Below are positions 38,196 to 51,630 of a DNA stretch of 64,000 bases, piece after piece (position 1 is the first letter of the stretch; each line of letters starts with the position of its first letter). The translations under genes were made by a program, and so were the position numbers. Origin of the DNA: Heterodontus francisci (taxonomy: Eukaryota); assembly GCF_036365525.1 (NCBI RefSeq), contig NC_090404.1, forward strand, positions 28,418,149 through 28,482,148, written 5' to 3'. The notes under the pieces were generated by a model that worked only from the letters and a program-made list of their open reading frames with translations, had not been told where the DNA came from and searched no databases.

Positions 38196-38839
38196 CTGAG
38201 GTGGAAATCGGCGGTCTGAGTGATGGTGCCAATATGCAGTCGGAAGCTCATCTCAGGATCAAATATATCACCAAGGTTATGAAAGGTCTGGTTTAGCCTC
38301 AGACAGTTGCCAGGGACAGGGATAGTGTTGGTGGCGAGGGAGTTGAGTTTGTAGCAGGAACTGAAGACACCGACGTCCGACTTCCCAATATTTAATTGGA
38401 GGAAATTTCTGTTCATCCAGTACTGGATGTCAGACAGTCAGGATGGTGTGTGACTTGGAGGGGAACTTAGAGGTGATGGTGTTCACATACACCTGCTACC
38501 CTGGTCCTTCTAGATGATGGAAGTTGGGGGTTTGGGAAGTTCTGTCAAATTTCTGGTCGAGTTCCTCTCCTCTTCCTGCCCCTCCCACTTCTCTCTCTCT
38601 CTCTCTCTCTCTGTCACTCTCTCCATCTCCACAGAGGGCAGAGTCTTGTGTAGGTCCAGAAGGACATTCGTGAACCAGTTGGGGTTGTACGTCAATCCAG
38701 CAGCTTTCATGGTCACTTTTTCCTAGTGCCGGCCCCTAAAATGACCAGATTCATTCAGCTCCATTTCACAACCTGTCTTTGTGTTTTTGTGGGTTCTCTC
38801 ACACACTCTCTTTTTTTCTGTTTTAAATCAATTTAACAG

Positions 38840-39816
38840 GGTTTTAGAAGTGGAGGAATTGCAGCCGTGAAATGCAAAGCAAACGTCAGATCAGGATCTG
38901 AAGGAGTCACCCAATTTATCGTAATACGAATATCACTGGATTTTCAACATGAAAGGAAAAAGCAGCGATCACAGTGGGGAGAAACTGTACACATGTTCTG
39001 TGTGTGGATGAGGTTTCAGCCGATCATCTGGCCTGTTGAAACACAAGTGCAGTCAGACTGGGAAGAAACCATGTAAATATGGGGACTGTGGAAAGGGACT
39101 GAATGATCCAGTTGAACTGGAAACTCATCCACGCATTTACACACTGGCGAGGCCGTTCACCTGCTCTGAGTGTGGGAAGGGAATGCCTCAGTCATCCCAC
39201 CTGCTGACACAAGGGGATTCACACTGGGGAGAAATGTTTTAAATATCCATTCTGTGAGAATTGCGAGAAAAGTTTTGCTGAACTGAAGTCCCATCAACAT
39301 GTTCACACTGATAAGAGACTGTTCAGGTGTTCTCACTGCAGGACTGGGTCCAGGCGATCATGCAACCTCATTGTACACCAGCACACTCACACTGGGGAGA
39401 GGCTGTTCACCTGCTCAGAGTGTGGGAAGAGATTCACTACTTCATCCACCCTGCTGAGACACCAGCAAGTTCACACTGGGGAGAGGCCGTTCACCTGCCC
39501 CATGTGTGGGAAGGGATTCACTCAGTCATCCAACCTTCTTGCACATCAGCAAGTTCACACTGGGGACAGGCCATTCATTTGCTCAGAGTGTGGGAAGGGA
39601 TTCACTACTTCATCCACCCTGCTGAGACACCAGCGAGTTCACACTGGGGAGAGGCCATTCATTTGCTCAGAGTGTGGGAAGGGATTCACTACTTCATCCA
39701 CCCTGCTGAGACACCAGCGGGTTCACACTGGGGAGAGGCCATTCACCTGCTCCATGTGTGGGAAGGGATCCACTACGATATCCCACCTGCTGAGACACCA
39801 GCGAGTTCACAAGTAA
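38840..39816 (+). pseudogene. Tandem C2H2 zinc-finger coding exon, frameshifted at about 39213; last ~6 fingers open
   Basis: Acceptor TTTAACAG at 38839; HTGERPF linkers, CxxC...HxxxH; degenerate N-terminal fingers; stop 39814-39816. Confidence 0.85.
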
Positions 39817-41387
39817 CTCCAGAATGGGAAATTTCTGCCAAATAGCAGATTTCCAAAATTGGTGTTGAGGAAATCCACCATTAGCTTCTTCCCTTCCGAT
39901 CTTAACCAAAAGACTGGCATCGAAAAAAATAAATTGGAACTGAAGTTCCAATTTTATTTTTAATGCCTGACAAACACAAAGCTGGCTGGAGGACTTTTTA
40001 CCTGTTTTTATGTCATCTTTATTTTTTATAGTCTTCCACCTCGGTGAAAATGAACTTCAACCAGGAAAGCAAGTGGGTGGAACTGCATACTCCTTCACAA
40101 CTTCAGTGTGTCAGTCTTCTGTAAATGGCCAAAAAGGAGGTATGTGTAAACACAGACCAATTCCCAATGTTTGTTTTTGCCTTCATGGGATATCTTAGCA
40201 GAGACCACCTGAGAACTGACACAGCTCATTTGACATGGTTTAAAATTAATGGTGCAGGATCAGTAGCTGGCAAGTCGCTAGTCTGCAGCAAAAACATTGG
40301 TCAATAGGAATTTGAAACTTGCTTCCATTTACACAGCAGTGTGTGTCTGAAATAATTTCTGAAAACCCTGCACAAACTGGTTACTGAATGTGAATATCCT
40401 GCAGTGAGCATGAACTGTATAAACTGAATATGTCCTGTGCTTTGCAGCAACTGAAGTGATCTGGAATTTCCACTTATCGGTTTGCTCAGGTGTATGGCTG
40501 AATTCCATTCATTGTTCATCTCCATTTTCACTGTCTACTGACCCAGTCACACTGTAAACCTTGAGTCAGTGTGAAGCTGTCTTTTACACCATAGTGATGC
40601 AAGGTAAGGAGTATAACTCTGGTCATCTTTCTTCAATGTGTGGTTTGACATTGCTTAAGATTATCTGGAAAAGACTGTCCTGCACCACAAGTGCTGTGTA
40701 TTGGCTACAGTACAACTATCCTGTGAGCTCTCTGCAGTCACTATAAATGGTCACTGGGTTTCTGAGGCTGATGGCACAATACTCTGTACATGTATGAATA
40801 TGTATATACAGAGTGCTGGCTTTCACCAAGCTAACACAATAGTTATGATTTTCAGCTCACCTTGCTGTTAAATGCAGCTGTCACTGCACCAATTGATGCA
40901 GTAGAACAGGAGCCAGAAGTGTTCATCACTGTTGGGATATGCAGCTGTCCATTGGACCTGCTGCATTGTCACAGGGCCATTACCAAACTTTTGAGCCTGA
41001 TTTAGGGATGATGTAACAGAACCTCAAACTTGTTACTGTAGAGGTTGTCATCGGCTGTCCCTCGATTCAAGGATGATGTCTACTCAAGCTCACGAGTTTC
41101 TGCCATGGGTCTTCAGGTCACTGAACAGGCTGATTCTCGACCCACAGATCTTTGGGCACATGAGGCAGGACGTCCCACCAGGTCGTGGGACCTGGAGTGC
41201 AGGATTTGTTTCCTAAAGATACAACACCAGTCTCATTACTTTTCCACTGTCACTAGCAAGATCTGGTACAATTTTTACATTGCCTTTGAAGAGGAAAACC
41301 ACATTTATAAATTAGTTTTCATTAAGATTATAATGAGATCTGCACTGCAAACAAGATTATTTTAGTTTAGAATCTTTATAATGTGAC

Positions 41388-41741
41388 TTTAGTTTAGTTT
41401 AGAGATACAGCACTGAAACAGGCCCTTCGGCCCACCGAGTCTGTGCCAACCATCAACCACCCATTTATACTAATCCTACACTAGTCCCATATTCCTACCA
41501 CATCCCCACCTGTCCCTATATTTCCCTACCACCTACCTGTACTAGGGGCAATTTTATAATGGCCAATTTACCTACCAACCTGCAAGTCTTTTGGCTTGTG
41601 GGAGGAAACCAGAGCACCCGGAGAAAACCCACGCAGACACAGGGAGAACTTGCAAACTCCACACAGGCAATACCCAGAATTGAACCTGGGTCGCTGGAGC
41701 TGTGAGGCTGCGGTGCTAACCACTGCGCCACTGTGCCACCC
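41388..41741 (-). mobile_element. Full-length HE1-like V-SINE
   Basis: Near-identical to 13272-13611. Confidence 0.92.
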
Positions 41742-42774
41742 TAATTTATTAATGGTAGAGTTCATAATTTAATTATATTAAATTATAAAATCTACTATGA
41801 CTCATGATATTTAAAAACAAGCATTCTATCTATAGAGTCACCACATTTATTAAAGTTAATCAGGTTAATTTCTTCTTTTGTGCTTGAAGGTAAATAATTG
41901 TCTAAAAGAAAATTGGATCAGGAGTATCACATTCTCCTAACAGAATGTATGTGAAATTCCTGTCCATTTAAGTTAATGGACAGTAAATTGGACAGGCTGT
42001 TTCACTGGTATACAATCCTCCCTACCTGGTTTTACTTTCTGTTTCGTTCAGGTGATTATGTCATAGCACAAAGTAAGAACAATTTACCCCACTTCTGTTC
42101 ATGTTTCTGGATTGTCAGTGTCTCAAATGTTTACTTTTTATTAATTTATATTCCTACTGATTTGGTCACATCACTTACCAAGGTACCAGAACGTGCCATC
42201 TGGTATGTTTATATATATTGCTTTCCATTAAAGTTGACACATCTTCACAGAACACCTTTTACATGAACAAGCTATAAATAGACAGAAGCAGGACATTGAG
42301 AACATGAAGCTCTGTAAAACCAATTATCAGCTGTCAGGTAAGTCTCATGAAATTGTATTCTGAGTACAGAGCAAATTTATTCATTGCATGTGTAAAATTG
42401 TACAAAACTACCATTACTCAACCAGTTTGCTTCAATAACAGTGCGATAATTACATGATTCCTTGTCAAAAAAAAGGACGTTTTTCGTCTTCAGCCACTAA
42501 TGTTCAGACATTTTGATCTTTGGCCACTCCCTGCATTTGTTTTTGTGAAATACTCTCCCTATTAGTGTCAACTGCTGGATAACTCTGATTACATTTCTAT
42601 CTGTTTATACATGTTTATAAAGTGTCTGTGTGCCCAGATTTAACTAAGTTGTGGTTTGTAACCAATAAATGATGTTTTGGGCATGACTTGTAGTCTGGTA
42701 TCTTGGTGATTTGTCAAGAAAGATTTAATTCACTCACTCAGCAGCTTGAGAGGAACCAGACTGAAGTTTAATGA

Positions 42775-44770
42775 ACATAAGAAATAGGAGCTGGAGGAGG
42801 CTATTTGGCCCTTCGAGCCTGTTCTGCCATTCACCAAGATCTTGGCTGATCTTCTACTTCAACTCCACCTTCCCGCACTATCCCCATATCCCTTAATTCC
42901 CTCAGTACCCAAAAATCTATCAATCTCTGTCTTAAATATACTCAACAACTGAGCATCCACAGCTCCCTGGGGTAGACAATTCCAAAGATTCACAACCCTT
43001 TCAGTGAAGACATTTCTCCTCATTTCAGTCCTAAATGGCCGACCCCTTATCCTGAGACTGTGACCCGGTGTTCTAGATTCCCCAGACAGGGGAAACATTT
43101 TCTCAGCTTCTACCCTGACAAGTCCCTTAAGAATTTATTATGTTTCACCTCTCATTCTTCTAAACTCCAGAGAATATAGGCCCAGTCTACTCAATCTCTC
43201 CTCATAGGAGGAGATGGAGCACAGTGGGGGTGCTGTAGCATAGTGGGTATGTTACTGAACTAGTAATCCAGAGGCCTGGATTAATGATGCAGAGACATTA
43301 ATTCAAATCCCACCACGGCAGTTTAGGGATTTAAACTCAATTAATTAAATAAATCTGGGATGAGAAAGCTAGTGTTAATAATTGTGACCATGAAACTACC
43401 AGATTGTTCTAAAACCCTACCTGTTTCACTAATTTCCTTTATGGAAGGAAATCTGCCGTCCTTACCCGATCTGGCCTGTGTGACTCCAGAATTAATTGCC
43501 ATATGAAATGGCCTAGCTAGCCACTCAGTTATCGTCAAGGACGCAGCTCACTGCCACCTTCTCAAGGGCAATTAGGAATGGGCAATAAATACTGGCCTTT
43601 CCAGCAATCCCCACATTCTGTAAATAAATAGAACATTCGCCTCACCCCAGGACCCAGTCTAGTGAACCTTCATTACATTCCCTCAAGGCCAAGTGTGTCC
43701 CTCCTTAGGTAAGGAGACCAGAACTGTGGGGCCTCACCAATGTCCTGTATAATTGTAATAAGGCTTCTCAATCTCCAATACCCCAATCCATTTGTAACAA
43801 AAGCAAACATACCATTTTCCTTCCTAATTGTTTGCTGTACCTGCATGTTAACTTTCTGTGATTCATGTAAAGGACACCAGTCCCTCTGAATGCAAACATT
43901 TCTCAGTCTCTCACCACTCATAATAAATACTGTTTTTTAAACTTTTCTTATCGAAGTGGATGACTTCACACTTCACCACATTGTTTTCCATCTGCCATGT
44001 TCTTGCCCACTCACCCAACCTGTCCATATCCCTCTGCAGTCTCTTTGTGTCTTTGGTCATTTCTTACTTTCCCACCTAACTCTGTACCATCAGCAAACCT
44101 GGATATGTTACATTCAGTCCCCTCATCTAAGTCATTAATATAGATTGTAAATAGCTGAGGCCCAAGTACTGATCCTTGCGATACCCTACTAGTTACAGCC
44201 TGCCAACCTGAAAATGGCCCATTTATTCCTACTCTCTGTTTTCTGCCCATTAACCAATCCTCAATCCATGCTAATATATTACCTCAATCCCATGAGCCCT
44301 AATTTTGTGTAATAATCTCTGGTGTGGCACCATATAGAATGCTTCTTGCTCTTTGAAAATTCAAATACAAGACTGGTTCCCCCCTTAATCACCTTACTAG
44401 TTACATCCTCAAGAAACTATAACAAATTTACCAAACATGATATCTCTTTCATAAATTCAGGTTGACTCTGCTTAATCATATTATCATTTTCTAAATACCC
44501 TGTTACCACACCCCTAATAATAGATTTTTAGCATTTTGTCAACTACTGATGTTAGACTAACTGGTCTATAGTTTGCCATTTTCTCTCTTCCTCCTTTCTT
44601 GAATAGCAAGGTTACTTTTGCTACCTTTCAATCCTTGGGAACTGTTCTAGAATTTAAGAAATTTTTGAAGATCAAGACCAATGCATCCACTCTCACTGCA
44701 GCTACCTCTTTTAAAACCCTAGGATGCAGGTCATCAGATCCAGGGAATTTGTCACCACTTAGTCCCATTA
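42775..44770 (-). mobile_element. CR1 LINE 3' half, interrupted by a SINE
   Basis: MFPLSGESRTPGHSLRIRG, SQGSVLGPQLFTIYINDLD..FADGT on minus strand. Confidence 0.88.
43228..43630 (+). mobile_element. Second tRNA-derived SINE family (another copy at about 56470-56815)
   Basis: A-box-like TAGCATAGTGG, B-box-like TTCAAATCC, shared core GGAAGGAAATCTGC.GTCCTTACC and tail AAGGGCAATT..GAATGGGCAA. Confidence 0.7.
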
Positions 44771-45174
44771 GTTTCTGATGTAAGGTCATTGACCTGAAAT
44801 GTTAACTCTGTTTCTCTCTCCACAGATGCTGTCAGACCTGCTGAGTATTTCCAGGAGCTGTTTTTATTTCTTTTTAATCCCTTTGTGGGATCTTGCTGTG
44901 CGCAGCTTGGGATGCACATGTTACCCTACATTACAAGAATGAATACACATTTTAAAGATGCTTCATTGACGGTAAAGCGCTTTGAAACGCCCTGAGGTCA
45001 GGAATAGTGCTGCATAAATACATGGTCTTAGACAATCCAGCAGCTTCATGGTCACTTCCACTGATAACCAGCTTTTTTATTTCCAGATTTTGACTTCCAA
45101 TTCTCAAACTGCCATGGCAGGATTCGAACTCACGGCCTCTGGATTAATGTGACAGAACCTCACTGCATACAGGT

Positions 45175-46635
45175 GTGATGCTGGAGGATTGGAGAACTGC
45201 TAATGTACCTCTGCTTGAAAAGGGAGAGAGGGATAGACCGAATAATTACAGGCCAGTCAGTCGAACTTCTGTAGTGGGAAAATTATTGGAATTTATTCTG
45301 AGAGACAGGATAAACTGTCACTTAGAAAGGCACAGGTTAATCAAGGATAGTCAGCATGGATTTATTAAGGTAAGATCTTGTTTGACCAACTTGACTGAAC
45401 TTTTTTTGAAGAAATAACAAGGAAGATAGATGAGGGTAGTGCAGTTGATGTGGTCTACATGGATTTTTGGCGAGGCTTTTGACAAGGTTCCACATGGCAG
45501 ACTGGTTAAAAGAAATAAAATCCCAGGGGATTCAGGGAAATGCAGCAAGGTGGATACAAAATTGGCTCAGTGGCAGGAAACAAAGGGTAATTTTTGATGG
45601 ATGATTTATCGACTGGAGGGCTGTTTCCAGTGGCATTCCACAGGGCTTAGTACTGGGTCTCCTGCTTTTTGTGGTATATATTAAAGATTTGGATGTAAAT
45701 GTAGGGGGCATGATCAAGAAGTTTGCAGGCAACACAAAGATTAACCGTGTGGTATATAGTGAGGAGGATAGCTGTAGGCTGCAGGAAGATATTGATGGTC
45801 TGGCCAAATGGGCAGAAAAGTGGCAAATGGAAGTCAACTTGGAGAAGTGTGAGGTGATATATTTGGGGAGGTCAAACAAGGCAAAGGAATACACAATTAA
45901 TGGGAAAATACTGAGAAGTGTAGAGGAAGTGAGAGGCCTTGGAGTGAATGTCCACAGATCCCTGAAAGTAGTAGGACAGGTCAATAAGGTGGTGAAGAAG
46001 GCATATGGAATCCTTTCCTTTATTAGATGAGATATAGAATATAAGAGCAGGGAGGTTATGCTAGAACTGTATAACTCATTGGTTAGGCCACAACTTGAGT
46101 ACTGTGCGCAGTTCTGGTCACCTCATTACAGAAAAGATGGAATTGCACTAGAGAGGGTACAGGGGAGATTTACGAGGATGCTGCCAGGGCTGGAAAAATA
46201 CAGCTATGAGGAAAGATTTGATCGGCTGGGGCTGTTCTCCTTGGAACCGAGAAAGCTGAGGGGAGATCTGATCGAAATGTACAAAATTGTGAGGGGCCTG
46301 GATAGGGTGGAGATGAAGGGTCTGTTCATCTTAACAGAGAGGTCAGTGACTAGGATGCACAGATTTAAAGTGATAGAAAAATTAGAGGGGAGATGAGGAT
46401 TTTTTTTTCACCCAGAGGGTGGTGGCGGTCTGGATCTCACTGCCTGTAAGGGTAGTAGAGGCAGAAACCCTCAATTCATTCAAAAGGAGTTTGGATATGC
46501 AATATAAGTGCCGTGATCTGTAGGGCTACAGACCAAATGCTGGAATGTGAGATTAGAATGGGTGGATCGTTTTTTGGCCAGCACAGACACGATGGGCTAA
46601 GTGGCCTCTTTCTGTGCCTTAAACTTTCTATGAAT
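45175..46635 (+). mobile_element. CR1 LINE RT-to-3' end
   Basis: WRTANV..NYRPVS, LVRPQLEYCAQFW, tail to about 46635. Confidence 0.9.
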
Positions 46636-46639
46636 TTTA

Positions 46640-49600
46640 TAACCACGACTGAGTGCTTAATTTGGGAATTTGTTAAGTGTGGGAATTTCAGGGGTTGATC
46701 TCTTTCTAAAATCTCGTCACGTTTCCATTTAGCATTTCACTGGACTTTAACATTAAATTGTAGTTCCTTTCAGTCTTAGTCAATGGTAAACAAGCTGCCT
46801 GCTAGTGTCAGTTGCACAGTTAGTTACTTAAGTAGCTAGCTAGAAGCGATTCCGTCGTCAGCAGGGCCTGACTCAGGTCTCTGGAATTCTAGCTGGTATA
46901 AATACAGGAGGTTTTGCTAACGCACAAAGTAAGCAGCACAGAGTTCTGCTCCACTGAGTGCTGAAGTCGGGAATTTGCTAAGTGTGGGGAATTGGTGCAG
47001 TGAGGGAGGAGGTGCTGTTGTGGTCTTTTGCAGAACTAGTGGTGATCCAAGATAGGGAGCTGGAGACAGTGAGAGCTGACAGCTGAAGCTCAAAGACATC
47101 AATTAGGGAACAGGTAGGTGACTGGTCAGTTTTAAGTTTCCCTTTTTTCCCTTTCTAAAGGGGGCAGTAGTTTAAACAGGTACTGGGGAGATAAAAGTAT
47201 TGTAGGTTAACTAGTTAAACTGCTTAATATAACTACAAATTATCAGTTATGTTTCTAAACTTGAAACCTGATTAGTGAAATAAAACACAATAAAGATGGC
47301 CGAGCAGGTGATGTGTTGCAGCTGTAGCGTGCTGGAGCTGATGGACACCAGTGTGATCCACTGCAACCACATCTGCAGTAAGTGTCTGCAGCATGAGGAA
47401 ATTCGGCTCAGAGTTGCTGAACTGGAGTCTGAGATTCAGATCAGGGAAGGGGAAAGTCACCTCTTGTTTCAGGAGGCAGTCACACCCTTTAGGCTCAGTA
47501 CTTCAGGCTTGGTCCATGGTCAGGGACTGGAGGGAGTCACTGTGAGTGAGGCAGGTATGGGCACACAGAAGGCAGCACTGTAGGAGCCTTAGGCCCTGCA
47601 ATTGTCCACCTTGTTCGAGGTTCTTCCAACTTGTGTGGGCGAGAGCAAGGCCTGCAGGGTGGATGAGCAAACTGGCCACTGCACTGTGGTGCAGGGGGCC
47701 ATTCAACTGGGGGGAGTAAAAGGGAATGTAGTTGTAGTAGGGGACAACATGGTTAGGGCGATAGATAGCTGAGAGCATGAGTCCCGAAGGCTGTGTTGCC
47801 TGTTCAGTGCTGGGGCTAAAGACATCTGCTCAGGGCTGGAGAGAAACTTGGAGCAGGAAGGGAAGGATCCAGTTGTCGTGGTGATCCCGGGTACCAATGA
47901 TATAGGTAGGACTAAGAAAGAGGTTCTGCTGAGGGAGTATGAGCAGCTCGGGACTCAATTAAAAAAGCAGAACTACAAAGGTGATAATCTCTGGATTACT
48001 ACCTGAGCCATGAGCAAATTAGCTTAGCGTTAATAAGATCGGAGAGTTGAATGCATGCCTCAAAGTTTGATGTGGGAGAAATGGGTTTCGACTCATGGGT
48101 CACTGGCACCAGTACTGGGGAAAAAGAGAGCTGTACCGTTGGGACAGCCTTCACCTGAAACATGCTGGGATTAGTGTCCTGTTGAGTTCTGTAACTCGGA
48201 CTGTAGAGAGGGCTTGACACAAAATAGTTTGGTTGGGGGGGGGGAGGGGGCGGTTCATGTGATGGGAGATTTGAAAAGTTAGAGAAAGGGCAAGGCAATA
48301 ACGCAGAGTAGCGATACAGGTAATGGTGACCAGGGTATGACAGGAAGTGACAGAGCGTACAAACATCAGAGTGCACCATCAGAGTCGGGAAAAATGGCTT
48401 TAAACTAACAGAGGGGGTGGAGGGTTCAAGTGAAGGGAGATTTAGAAATCCGAAGATGAAAGCTGAGGTAATAGAAAAGTATATCGATGTGGGTAAAGAC
48501 AAGCTGAGTGGGACAGAGAGTTTAACATTCATAGTGCATCAGAGAGTGAGGTCTATGCAGGGAATCGTTGTAATGAAATAAAATTTAAGTCACTTTTCTG
48601 AATGTGTGAAGCATCTGCAATAAGATAGTTAAATTAGTGGCATAAATTGAGATAAATGGTTTAGATCTAATCAGGAGGCAGGACTGTATCTCCAATGCTA
48701 AAGTCCTCAAGGCGGCCAACATCCCCAGCTTATACACCCTACTGAGCCAGCGGCGCCTGAGATGGCTTGGCCATGTGAGCCGCATGGAAGATGGCAGGAT
48801 CCCCAAGGACACATTGTACAGCGAGTTCATCACTGGCATCAGACCCATCGGCCGTCCTTGTCTCCGCTTTAAAGACGTCTGCAAACACGACATGAAGTCC
48901 TGTGACATTGATCACAAGTCATGGGAGTCAGTTGCCAGTGATCGCCAGAGCTGGCGGGCAACCATAAAGAAAGGGCTAAAGCGTGGCGAGTCGAAGAGAC
49001 TTAGCTGTTGGCAGGAAAAAAGTCAGAAGCGCAAGGGGAGAGCCAACTGTGTAACAGCCTCAACAACCAATTTTATCTGCAGCACCTGTGGAAGAGTCTG
49101 CCACTCTAGAATTGGTCTTTATAGCCACTCCAGGCTCTGCCTCACAAACCACTGACCACCTCCAGGCGCTTACCCATTATCTCTCGAGATAAGGAGGCCG
49201 AAGAAGATGTAGTGTACTTGGATTTCTATAAGGCATTTGATAAGGTGCCACACAAAGGTTAATAGACAAGATAAGGGCTCATGCAGTTGGAGGTGATATA
49301 TTATCATGGATAGAGAATTGGTTAAAGGATAGGAAACAGAGTAGGGATAAGTGAGGAATTTTCAAATTGGCAGGCTGTGTCTAGTTGAATGCTGCAGGGA
49401 TCAGTGCTGGGGCCTCAGCTATTTACACTCTATGACATCGATGAGGAGACAGAGAGTAATGTATCTAATTTTGCTGATGATACAAAGCTAGGTGGAAGTG
49501 CAAGCTGTGAGGAGTTCACAGGCTGTAAAGAGATGTGAACAGGTTAAGTGAATGGGAAACAAGGTGGTAGATGGAGTATAATGTGGGCAAGTGTGAATAG

Positions 49601-50270
49601 AAAAGCAGAATGTTTTCAAAAGGCGTGAAAATTGTAAATATTGATATTTAGACAGACTAGGGTGTACTCATACAAGTCACACAAAGTTAATATGCAAGCA
49701 CAACAAGCAATTCGGAAAGCAAATGGCATGTGACCTTTATTATAAGGGGATTGGAGTACAAGAATAAAGAAGTCTTGCTACAACAGTATGGGGCTTTGGT
49801 GATACCACACCTGGAATACTGTGTGCACTTTTCGTCTCCATATCTAAGGAAGGATATACTTGCGGTGAAGGCAGGACAGAGGAGGTTCACTAAATTGGTC
49901 CCTGGTTGAGAGGATTGTCCTATGATAAGAGGTTGAGTAAATTGGGTCTAAAGTCTGGAGTTCAGAAGAATGAGAGGTGATCTTATTGAAACATTCTAGA
50001 TTCTGAAGGGTCTTGACAGGGTAGATGCTGAGATATTGTTTCCCCTGGCTGGGGAACCTAGAACACGGGGGCACTGTTTCAGCACAAGGGGCCGATTATT
50101 TAGTGCTCAAATGAGGAGAAATTTCTTCACTCAAAGGGTTGTGAATATTTGGAATGCTCTACCCCAGAGGGTTGTGGATGATCCATCGTTGAATAAACTT
50201 AAGTCTGAAACAGGCAGATTTTTGGTGTCTCAGGAAATCAAAGGGTGTGGGGAGCAGGCAGGAAAGCGCC
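46640..50270 (+). mobile_element. Decayed CR1 with 5' UTR and ORF1; most of EN and early RT replaced by an RTE fragment
   Basis: ORF1 MAEQVMCCSC...CSKC..., VVVGDNMVR, PGTNDIG; EN start at about 48590; RT resumes at 49208. Confidence 0.8.
48674..49207 (+). mobile_element. RTE-clade LINE 3' fragment with C-terminal zinc finger
   Basis: RRLRWLGHVSRMEDGRIPKD.LYSE...GRP.LRFKD..K...FICSTCGRVCHSRIGLYSH; GAA tail. Confidence 0.9.
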
Positions 50271-50289
50271 CAAGATTAGCTATGATAAG

Positions 50290-51630
50290 GTACCACATAA
50301 ATAGCTTGTTAAGAAGATTGAAGCTCATGGAATAGGAGCGTCTATGTCCAATTGGATAAAAAATAATTGGCTTTAGGACAGGCAGACTGGAGGACAGTAG
50401 ATAGTGGTGCTTCCCAAGGGTCAAAGCTGGGACCACTGCCTTTTTTGGCTATATATAAATGACTTGGATATTGGAATACAGAGTAGAATATCAAAATTTT
50501 CTGATGACACCAAACTCGGAGGTGCAGCAAACAGTGAGGATGATGTGAACTGCCTGCAGCAGGACATCAATAAGCTGACCAAATGGGCAGAGAGGTGGAA
50601 GATGGAATTTAATACTGCAAGTGTGAGGAGATGCAGTTTGGCAGAAGGACTAGGGAGAGGCAATATAGACTGAATGGTCCAGTGCTGAAGAGAGTGCAGG
50701 AACATAGGGACCAGGGGGTGCATGTGCATCGAGCTTTGAAGGCTGCAGGACATATTGAGTGAGTAGTTAGTAAAGCATATGGGATCTAACAGGACTTGAC
50801 AGGGTAGATGCAGGAAGGATGTTCCCGATGGTGGGGGAGTCCAGAACCAGGGGTCATAGTCTAAGGATGCAGGGTAAACCTTTCAGGACTGAGATGAGGA
50901 GAAATTTCTTCACCCAGAGAGTGGTGAGCCTGTGGAATTCGCTACCACAGAAAGCAGTTGAGGCCAAAACATTGTATGTTTTCAAGAAGGAGTTAGATAT
51001 AGCTCTTGGGTTTAAAGGGATCAGAGGGTATGGGGCGAAAGCTGGAACAGGCTACTGAGTTGGATGATCAGCCATGATCATAATGAATGGCGGAACAGGC
51101 TAGAAGGGCCGAATGGCCTACTCCTGCTCCTATTTTCTATGTTTCTATGTCTCGATGATCTTGGGCTTCATAAATAGAGGCATTGAGTACAGAAGCAGGA
51201 AAGTTGTGCTGAACCTTTAGAAAGCTCTGGTTAGGCTCCAACTGGAGTATTACGTCCAATTCTGGTCACCACACTTCAGGAAGGATTTGAGGGTCCTTGA
51301 GAGGATGCAGAGGAGATTTACCAGAATGGTTCCAAGTGGGGTGGCAGCTGCAGGACTTCTTCCGGAGACAGGTCTGGATTAACGGCCGCCATCTTGATAA
51401 AGGGCAATGTGCAGCAGGATGCATGCATGACCATCCTGGGCCAGGAAGCAGGAGGAGGGAATGTTGTGAATGTCTATCCTGGACTGACAGGGATAGCTTC
51501 TGTAAATTGAGAAATTACAGTTATCAGAAAAGAATTGAACAGGTTAGGGCTTTTTTTCTTTAGAAAAGAGGAGACTTAGTGGTGGCATCATAGAGGTCTT
51601 TATCTGAGTTGTATGGACAGGGTACATAGA
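50290..51630 (+). mobile_element. Old CR1 fragment containing a young CR1 3' end (50788-51156)
   Basis: Young insert flanked by GATCT at 50783-50787 and 51157-51161; highly similar to 37830-38195. Confidence 0.8.
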
